Part shown: in pieces, positions 1 to 5,855 of the stretch
Numbering within the stretch: position 1 is the stretch's first letter
Layout: the number at the start of each line of letters is the position of its first letter
From: Clostridia bacterium
GTDB taxonomy: Bacteria > Bacillota > Clostridia > RGIG6154
Direction: 5' to 3'
Length of the DNA: 64,000 nucleotides
Assembly: GCA_017410375.1 (NCBI GenBank)
Contig: JAFQQW010000058.1
Span: 9,192 to 73,191, forward strand
Translations under genes and position numbers: made by a program
The notes under the pieces: generated by a model
Databases searched by the model: none
Seen by the model: the letters and a program-made list of their open reading frames with translations, nothing else
What the model was told of the DNA's origin: nothing

Positions 1-53
1 ACATAAACCTCGTCCAACATTGCCGCATATTTCTTAAATCTTTCAATTGCCAT
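1..53 (-). CDS. 5' end of a minus-strand gene running off the left edge (MAIERFKKYAAMLDEVY...), probably a phage head-morphogenesis gene
   Basis: ATG at 51-53 (minus) with GGAGG 7 nt upstream; only 17 codons visible. Confidence 0.25.
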   Translation of the reverse strand, partial: MAIERFKKYAAMLDEVY

Positions 54-120
54 ATTCATTTCCTCCATTTTCGTATTTTAATTTTTTCTTTACTTTTTGG
101 CTGATGCGCACGCCGTTCGC

Positions 121-426
121 TTACAGCCCCAATGCCCGTCTTAATCGCTCTGCCTCGGGATCGTCGCTTTCACCGCCTGCAGGACCCGTAAACTGTACCG
201 CCTGCCCCTCAAACAAATAAGGGTGCTCGGAAAACAACTTCTCCACCGATGCCTCGGGGGTCAGATCGGACATATCCTGCTCGGCTAAAATGCCCTCTGC
301 CGCCGATACCGAACGCACTGAACGGGCGCTTAAATGTGCTCTTGTCACCTCTTTGCGCACCTCGCTTAAAATCTCAGCAATCTGCGCATCCTCTAAGGCA
401 TAGCCCTCCAAAAACTGTCTGTCCAT
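121..426 (-). CDS. hypothetical small phage-associated protein (101 aa)
   Basis: ORF immediately downstream of and overlapping (ATGA) the portal-like gene; no recognisable motif. Confidence 0.4.
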   Translation of the reverse strand: MDRQFLEGYALEDAQIAEILSEVRKEVTRAHLSARSVRSVSAAEGILAEQDMSDLTPEASVEKLFSEHPYLFEGQAVQFTGPAGGESDDPEAERLRRALGL

Positions 427-1541
427 TACAACACACCTCCCTTTTCACCGTACAAATAGCTTCGTACCTCCTGCGGTGTTAAAACGCCTTTGTCTAAAAG
501 CAACAGCAAATCCGAAATTTCGTCTGTCTTTCCGGTTAAAACCGAATCGTCAAAGTGGAACACCGCCTCTGCCTTACCTTCTTCGCAAAGCCCGTACACA
601 CTTAAAATATCCTTTGTTGCCTGCAACATATCATAAAGGGCTTTTTCCAATGCCCTTTGTAATGTTTTCACAGTCGCATAGGTGCGGTGTCGCATGATTT
701 TAAGCTCGGTCGCGGTGCGTGCCGAAAGATTTGCATCCGACAGCGTTCCGCGGGACAGCGCACAGCAGTCCTCAATCCTCTGCAGAATGCAGTTTAAGCC
801 CTCTATAATGTCTTTTTGACGAAAGGCAGGCGAATAATCGCAGAACAAATCGTCCTTGCCTGTGCAAAGCAGGCGATACAGCCGTTTATCGGGAAGCTTA
901 GGCTCACCCTTTTTGTCCCTGAAAAAGGCGGTATCTGCCACATACAGCGCACGGTTTCCGCTTTCAAACTCCCAGAGCAGGCGCGAAAACTGAGCCTCTG
1001 CCTCGGAAATCAATCGGTGCGCCTTTTCGCAAAAGGGCATCCCGTCGGTGGTGGAAAAATAGCCGTAAAGCGGTGTGGTGCGATTGGGAAAACGCACTTC
1101 CGCACGGTATTGCTTCCAGTTTTCGGGCATCGTTTCCAAAATTCTGCCCTTATACATGGCAAAATTCATAACTACATACTCATTTGGCAACTGGGTATGC
1201 CGTTCCACACGCACCGTATCTCCCTGCCGTTCGTAAAACTCAACTACGGTGGGCTTGCCTGTGCTCTCATCCCGCTCTAAAATTTTGTAATCCCCGTTTT
1301 TAACTGCCATTGCCTGCATTTTACCGCCTGCAAAATAAGGCTTTAAGATGACCGAGCCATGCAGCAGCCCCTCGGTCACATGGCTTGTGATGTTTTGCAA
1401 AATGGCATTTGCCGTATCCTGCAGAGCAGGTGCGACGGTTGTTTTAAGCTCCAGGGTCGTAAGCTCTGCCACCGTTCGGGAAATACTCTCTTCCAACCGA
1501 AGCGTATTTCCCTTTTCGGATATTTTATCTGAATCCAACAT
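426..1541 (-). CDS. phage portal-like protein (about 372 aa); start moved to the ATG at 1539-1541, which follows AAAGGAGG
   Basis: Position directly after the terminase large subunit. The ORF-track N-terminus (to 1640) is translated from a copy of repeat family A and lacks an RBS. Confidence 0.45.
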   Translation of the reverse strand: MLDSDKISEKGNTLRLEESISRTVAELTTLELKTTVAPALQDTANAILQNITSHVTEGLLHGSVILKPYFAGGKMQAMAVKNGDYKILERDESTGKPTVVEFYERQGDTVRVERHTQLPNEYVVMNFAMYKGRILETMPENWKQYRAEVRFPNRTTPLYGYFSTTDGMPFCEKAHRLISEAEAQFSRLLWEFESGNRALYVADTAFFRDKKGEPKLPDKRLYRLLCTGKDDLFCDYSPAFRQKDIIEGLNCILQRIEDCCALSRGTLSDANLSARTATELKIMRHRTYATVKTLQRALEKALYDMLQATKDILSVYGLCEEGKAEAVFHFDDSVLTGKTDEISDLLLLLDKGVLTPQEVRSYLYGEKGGVL

Positions 1542-1629
1542 CTGTTCCTCCTTTCTCGCTTTTTGATCGTACGCGTCGCAACAAGCCTTCCTTTTACGCA
1601 TATGCTTTTTTATCAGGCTGTTGCTCCTT

Positions 1630-2808
1630 TTAGCCACCATAACACAAAATTGTACTCACAAAATAGCGGATGTCATCCATCGCGTGGTCTGAAACCTGCA
1701 CCACCGTATCGGTTGTGGCATCGGTGTCCCAGGCATAGGTCTCAAACTCCTTTTTTGTCGCCCTGCAGGCAGGACTGAAGCTTAAATATCCCTGCTCCAA
1801 CAGCGAGGACACCCGCCGAATGCCGTCCAGCACGCGATTTTTGGCTTTGCGCACCGAAAACCTGCCCGAGCGGCGTATCAGTTCGATAAAGGATGCCGCG
1901 GAGGGGTCAACCACCACACACGAAATGGGTCGGTCGCCCGCCAATTCCTCTAACGCCTTGTAATACTCCGCATCGGTCTTTAAGCTTTCTGTGGCTTTGC
2001 CGTCATGATAATACTCCCTGATGCGGTGGGCGTGCTTTCCCACCACCTGCCAAAGCCCCATGGAACACGGGTTTAAAGTCCCGTAATCCACCGAAATGTA
2101 GTAAGGATAGCCTGCGCGCTCTTGGACTTCCCTCACATGCTTTTCGGGGTCGAACATGGGGTACACCAACCCGGATGCAACCACCCAGTCCCCTTCCACA
2201 AACCGTTTGTAAAAGAGTCCGGTATACTCTTTTTTTAAATCGCGAATGTAGTCGGCGGGTAAAAACGTGTTGTCATCTATGTGAAACCGGACAGAAAGCA
2301 AACTTAAATCAGCACGGTCTAAATATTTTTCTTTCAGCCAGTGCCGGGGACTGTCCGGGTTGGTGGTCGCAATCAGCTTTGCGCCTTCTAAGCTCAGGCG
2401 CGAGAGCAACATGGAAAAAAAGCTTTCGGGAAGCAGAGTCAGTTCGTCTAAATAGGCACCGTACAGCGTCATACCGCGGATTTTGCTTTCCGCACCGCTG
2501 TCGCCTGCGCCCTCAAAATATACTTTGCGGTCAAACAGATTTCCGCTCTTTTTGGCAAGGGAGTATGTAAAATGATTTGCCCCTACCATGTTTTGCAGAA
2601 GCTCCAAAGCGTTTCGCTCTAAGGTATTTAAGGTTCGGCCTGCCATTAGAAAGGTGCTCCCTTTGGGCGAGGCGGCAACAAAAAACGCAAACAGAATGAG
2701 CGAAATGTAGGTCTTACCGCTGCGCACCGCCCCCTGCAGGATGTTGATACGCTTCAAGCCCCCTTGTTTGAACAGCTTTAAAAGCTCTGCCTGTTTTTCG
2801 GTTACCAT
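1630..2808 (-). CDS. phage terminase large subunit, PBSX/XtmB-like
   Basis: Walker-A GAVRSGKT near the N-terminus, ATPase then nuclease-like C-terminal half, AGGAGG RBS, followed by the portal-like gene. Confidence 0.8.
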   Translation of the reverse strand: MVTEKQAELLKLFKQGGLKRINILQGAVRSGKTYISLILFAFFVAASPKGSTFLMAGRTLNTLERNALELLQNMVGANHFTYSLAKKSGNLFDRKVYFEGAGDSGAESKIRGMTLYGAYLDELTLLPESFFSMLLSRLSLEGAKLIATTNPDSPRHWLKEKYLDRADLSLLSVRFHIDDNTFLPADYIRDLKKEYTGLFYKRFVEGDWVVASGLVYPMFDPEKHVREVQERAGYPYYISVDYGTLNPCSMGLWQVVGKHAHRIREYYHDGKATESLKTDAEYYKALEELAGDRPISCVVVDPSAASFIELIRRSGRFSVRKAKNRVLDGIRRVSSLLEQGYLSFSPACRATKKEFETYAWDTDATTDTVVQVSDHAMDDIRYFVSTILCYGG

Positions 2809-2811
2809 AGT

Positions 2812-3078
2812 TCACGCCTCCTGCATTGCCTGAATCATCTGTTCAAGCACGGTATTTTCTTCGGACTGTTCTAAACCGCAAAGCCCTAAAATTTCTTTGG
2901 CGGCAGGCACAGACCCTTTCTTTACCGCCAGTTCAAACAGCGATGCTAAGAGCAGTACACCCTTGTCCGTGCGTCGCTTTGTAAGCCCGAAATTCCGCTT
3001 TAAAAACTTGGCTTCCTCCGCCGTCACGTCCTGCCTTAACAGCAGTTCGGTCTCCTTTTTAAAATCATAGCCCTTCAT
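2812..3078 (-). CDS. hypothetical small phage protein (88 aa)
   Basis: ORF between the DNA-binding protein and terL; position would fit a small terminase-associated protein but no motif supports that. Confidence 0.35.
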   Translation of the reverse strand: MKGYDFKKETELLLRQDVTAEEAKFLKRNFGLTKRRTDKGVLLLASLFELAVKKGSVPAAKEILGLCGLEQSEENTVLEQMIQAMQEA

Positions 3079-3653
3079 TTTTTATCAATCCTTTCCGCCA
3101 GAGCCTTCACTCTTTCCCGATGCAGGATTCTTTTGGCTTCGTAGTCATTGTCCCTGCCCGAAAAATTGTTAAATTTGCTTTTTTTAGTACGCGGCGCAAA
3201 GCCGCTTGTTTTGTTATTGTTTAAATTGTTATATTTGTTATTATTGTTATATATAATAGAAGAATTTTCCTCAACGGACCCTGAGCGGACCCTCAACGGT
3301 TCCTGAGGTGGTTTCACACAGGTGATTTTGCTGTAATTTAAAAGGGTTATGAGCAGTCTGCCATTGCCACATGACTGGACCCTCACGGGACTCTCAGGAA
3401 ACTCTGACTCTAAAAAATGCAGAACTTTTTTGAGTGCCGGCTGAGAAACGGTTTGCTTTGAACCGCCTTTGCCCGATTCGCAAATCTCGCAAAGCTCTTT
3501 TTTGGTGGTGTAAAACTGTCCGCGCTCCAAGCCTGAGCCGTCCCGATATGCCGCCTTCATCAGCATATATAGATAAATTTTTAAGTAATAGGGTGGCTTT
3601 TCCCAGATTGCCGACTCCATAATGCCTCTGTCTAAGGGGACAAAACCTTCCAT
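3075..3653 (-). CDS. phage-associated winged-helix DNA-binding protein (possible terminase small subunit or replisome-organiser N-domain-like); start uncertain, alternatives at 3845 and 3950
   Basis: W..PYYLKIYLYMLMKA...G.F..T..EL helix-rich N-terminus, Asn/Lys-rich linker, basic C-terminal helix; GAAAGGA RBS 8 nt before the ATG at 3651-3653. Confidence 0.4.
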   Translation of the reverse strand: MEGFVPLDRGIMESAIWEKPPYYLKIYLYMLMKAAYRDGSGLERGQFYTTKKELCEICESGKGGSKQTVSQPALKKVLHFLESEFPESPVRVQSCGNGRLLITLLNYSKITCVKPPQEPLRVRSGSVEENSSIIYNNNNKYNNLNNNKTSGFAPRTKKSKFNNFSGRDNDYEAKRILHRERVKALAERIDKK

Positions 3654-3667
3654 ATCCCACATCCTTT

Positions 3668-3889
3668 CTAGGGTCTTAAGTAATAGACCTCTTTTAAATA
3701 GAGCCTCTCTTCTGCTTCCAGAGAGTCCAATTTCCGAAGCAGTATTGTTTCGCACATTTTGCATAAAATGCCGTTTGAGGCCGTTTTTTCGCCGCATACG
3801 CAACGTTTCGGCATAGCCTGTCTGATGTTTTCGCCTCGCATACATGTTTCCTTTTTCCTTTCTGCCGAAATGGCAATGTTTTTCGCCAT
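3668..3889 (-). CDS. possible small zinc-ribbon protein (CxC-x11-CxxC); overlaps the alternative N-terminal extension of the previous gene in another frame
   Basis: Motif KRCVCGEKTASNGILCKMCE followed by an amphipathic helix; its ATG is the terminal ATG of a family-A 28-mer repeat. Confidence 0.3.
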   Translation of the reverse strand: MAKNIAISAERKKETCMRGENIRQAMPKRCVCGEKTASNGILCKMCETILLRKLDSLEAEERLYLKEVYYLRP

Positions 3890-3934
3890 ATGCTTTTTTA
3901 TCAGGCTGTTGCTCCTCTTTCGCTCTGCGCCTCC

Positions 3935-3992
3935 AGCTACTCGCTTCCACCTCATCAGTCTCGCTTTGCTCGACAGCTTCTCCTCAAGGGGA
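3935..3992. repeat. degenerate copy of twin-palindrome repeat family B (CTTCTCCTCAAGGGGAAG)
   Basis: Same cacctcatc-[palindrome]-[CTTCCCCTCAAGGGGAAG] order as the copies at 5352, 5697 and 28855. Confidence 0.5.
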
Positions 3993-4194
3993 AGCCTTTT
4001 TTGTCATTCTGAACGAGCAACGCGAAGTGAAGAATCTCCCGTGCAGATGATTTTATACCAAAACAACCTTCGTTCGTTTCTCAGTTGCACTACGCAACAC
4101 GATCTCAAAAAAATAAGTTTCCTAGCGTACCCTTCTACCCTCTCTACAAGTTTCCTCAGTACTTTTGCTTGTTGCGTTACGCAACGAACACTTC

Positions 4195-4340
4195 AAAAAA
4201 TAAGCAAGCGGAGCTTGCGTATCGCAAAAAGTATTTCGCAGAAAACTTTTTGCGGAAACGGAGTACCAGACCGAAAAACGAAGTTGTGTTTTTCAAAACG
4301 CAACGAGTAAAAAGGTCTCGGTACGACGTGCTTAAGGTTG
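4195..4340 (+). repeat. repeat family A copy: hairpin GCAAAAAGT-ATTTCGCAGAAA-ACTTTTTGC plus a conserved 3' tail
   Basis: Homologous to 5120-5240, 5450-5560 and 16265-16395. Confidence 0.6.
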
Positions 4341-4392
4341 CTTTCGCAACCGATGCCATTATTATACCACAAAATCCCTAATTTGTCAATAG

Positions 4393-4430
4393 TTTTTGGC
4401 AAAAAAGTTGCGTTATGCAACTTTTTCTTG
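4393..4430 (+). terminator. hairpin AAAAAGTTGCGTTATGCAACTTTTT followed by a T-run
   Basis: 10-bp stem, loop GTTAT, then CTTGTTTTTT. Confidence 0.45.
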
Positions 4431-4486
4431 TTTTTTACACACTTTTTGCCTTTCGCAAAACACTCGCTTGCTTCACAATCCCTTTT

Positions 4487-4735
4487 TTAATAGAGTTTAA
4501 TTTCATATTTTTGAATCAACCGCAAAAGTTTTTCTACTTTTTCGGTGTCGTCCAGTTTTTCACTACGCACAATTTTTTCCACCTTTTCAAAAAACATATT
4601 ATACGCCTCGTTGTATATCTGCTCAAAATCCATGTTCTGCATGGTTCTCCACACCGCATCGCTGATATACGTTTTAATCATACGGTTTGTGATACTTTTC
4701 CGAAAATCTTCTTTATTAAAATACATTTCAGACAT
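4487..4735 (-). CDS. small conserved hypothetical protein (82 aa), paralog of 18609-18857
   Basis: MSEMYFNKEDFRKS...EKLDDTEKVEKLLRLIQKYEIKLY, about 50% identical to the 18609 ORF; AAGGAGG RBS 8 nt before the ATG. Confidence 0.55.
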   Translation of the reverse strand: MSEMYFNKEDFRKSITNRMIKTYISDAVWRTMQNMDFEQIYNEAYNMFFEKVEKIVRSEKLDDTEKVEKLLRLIQKYEIKLY

Positions 4736-4944
4736 TTGTTTGTCCTCCTTAAATAAAAAAAGTGCGCAGCCCGAGAGCCACGCACCAAAAAGACGCAGTG
4801 ACTCCATTCCTACGGTTGCAACACCACATAAACATCATCCCACATAACAGAGGTATGACAAGAATAGAGTGTACGCTTTTTACAAAGATAGCGTACCCTC
4901 TGTTTATGTGGTTTATGTAATTGTTTATGTAATGTTGCATGTTC
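4736..4944 (-). promoter_or_regulatory. structured 5' leader (riboswitch- or attenuator-like) of the small gene, ending in a terminator that abuts the RBS
   Basis: Long-range helix CCACATAAACAGAGG / CCTCTGTTATGTGG; conserved core GCTATCTTTGTAAAAAGCGTAC; block CTGCGTCTTTTTGGTGCG; hairpin GTGCG...CGCAC plus T7; homologous to 18414-18608. Confidence 0.35.
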
Positions 4945-4973
4945 AGTATATCATACTTTTTTTAATTTATCAA
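4945..4973 (-). promoter_or_regulatory. sigma-A-like promoter TTGATA-17-TATACT for the leader and small gene
   Basis: -35 at 4968-4973 and -10 at 4945-4950 on the minus strand with a 17-nt spacer. Confidence 0.4.
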
Positions 4974-5119
4974 CCTTTTTTAACAGGAAATTCATTTCTC
5001 TCCCTCCGTCACCGCTCTGCGGTGCCACCTCCCTCGTCAGAGGGAGGCAAAAAAGGCTCCCTTGTGTAAAGGGCGCTGTCGAACAAAGTGAGACTTAAGG
5101 GAGAGAAAATGCGAACGGA

Positions 5120-5240
5120 GTGAGCACCAGCCAAAAAGTATTACTTGTAAACTTTTTGGCTAAAAGGAGCAACAGCCTGATAAAAAAGCATATGCCGACA
5201 AGGCGTATGTGTAAAAGGAAGGCTTGTTGCGACGAGATTC
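5120..5240 (+). repeat. repeat family A copy, including the invariant 28-mer GAGCAACAGCCTGATAAAAAAGCATATG (5167-5194)
   Basis: Hairpin GCCAAAAAGT...ACTTTTTGGC; the 28-mer is identical to the copies at 1599-1626 and 3887-3914 (both in minus orientation). Confidence 0.65.
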
Positions 5241-5351
5241 TTTAGGGGTGCTGTCCAAATCTTTGATTTGGCTAACAGTCCCCTATGCAACAGCGCTCCA
5301 AATCTTTGATTTGGTTAAGCGCCACTGTCGCTATCGCTCAGATTGACACCT

Positions 5352-5440
5352 CATCCGTCAACTTACAGTTGACACCTTCCCCTCAAGGGGAAGGCTATGG
5401 ATGGTGCTGTGTTCAGGGCTGGCTTCGCATTCAGAATGCG
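5352..5440 (+). repeat. repeat family B: GTCAACTTACAGTTGAC + CCTTCCCCTCAAGGGGAAGG twin palindromes with a conserved flank
   Basis: Near-identical copy at 5697-5790; inverted copy at 28855-28910. Confidence 0.65.
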
Positions 5441-5449
5441 CGAGCGGTT

Positions 5450-5560
5450 AAGCAAAATACTTTTTGCAGGCAAGCCGAAAAGTATTTCAAAGAAAACTTT
5501 TCGGCTAAAAGGAAGAGCAACAACGAAAAGGAGCACTTTGTCGTAAGGCAAAGTGTGATA
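5450..5560 (+). repeat. repeat family A copy (hairpin CCGAAAAGT-ATTTCAAAGAAA-ACTTTTCGG)
   Basis: Same loop consensus ATTTCNNAGAAA and AAAAGGA(A)GAGCAAC tail as the other copies. Confidence 0.55.
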
Positions 5561-5696
5561 ATACCGTTGTTTGCTCTGACGCGGGGGCGCCGCGGTCGAA
5601 ACGCAGGAGCGTAAGTTCCTGTCGTTTCGGGTTACCGCAAGAGAGCTTGGTATGGCAGAAATGCTATGTGTATGCGCTTTTTCAGGCTTCGCATTC

Positions 5697-5790
5697 AGAA
5701 TGACACCTCATCCGTCAACTTACAGTTGACACCTTCCCCTCAAGGGGAAGGCTATGGATGGTGCTGTGTTCAGAGCTGGCTTTGCCTTTA
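5697..5790 (+). repeat. repeat family B, second direct copy
   Basis: About 95% identical to 5352-5440, including the GCTTCGCATTCAGAATG flank. Confidence 0.65.
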
Positions 5791-5855
5791 GAATGACAAA
5801 AAACGAAGACCTCTTTAAAAGAGGTCTTCGAAAAGCAAAATATCAAATTTAAATA

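Noticed and set aside
426-1640. Full-length 404-aa portal ORF starting at 1640 with the N-terminus MVAKRSNSLIKKHMRKRKACCD
   Set aside because: The first 33 codons are the translation of a family-A repeat copy and have no RBS. The ATG at 1539-1541 has a perfect AAAGGAGG at optimal spacing, so the shorter start was preferred.
5285-5614. ORF-track CDS candidates in the 5000-5850 region (for example 5285-5614+ and 5363-5551-)
   Set aside because: They run straight through copies of repeat families A and B and palindromic hairpins. They have no RBS and mutually overlap. They are treated as non-coding repeat sequence.
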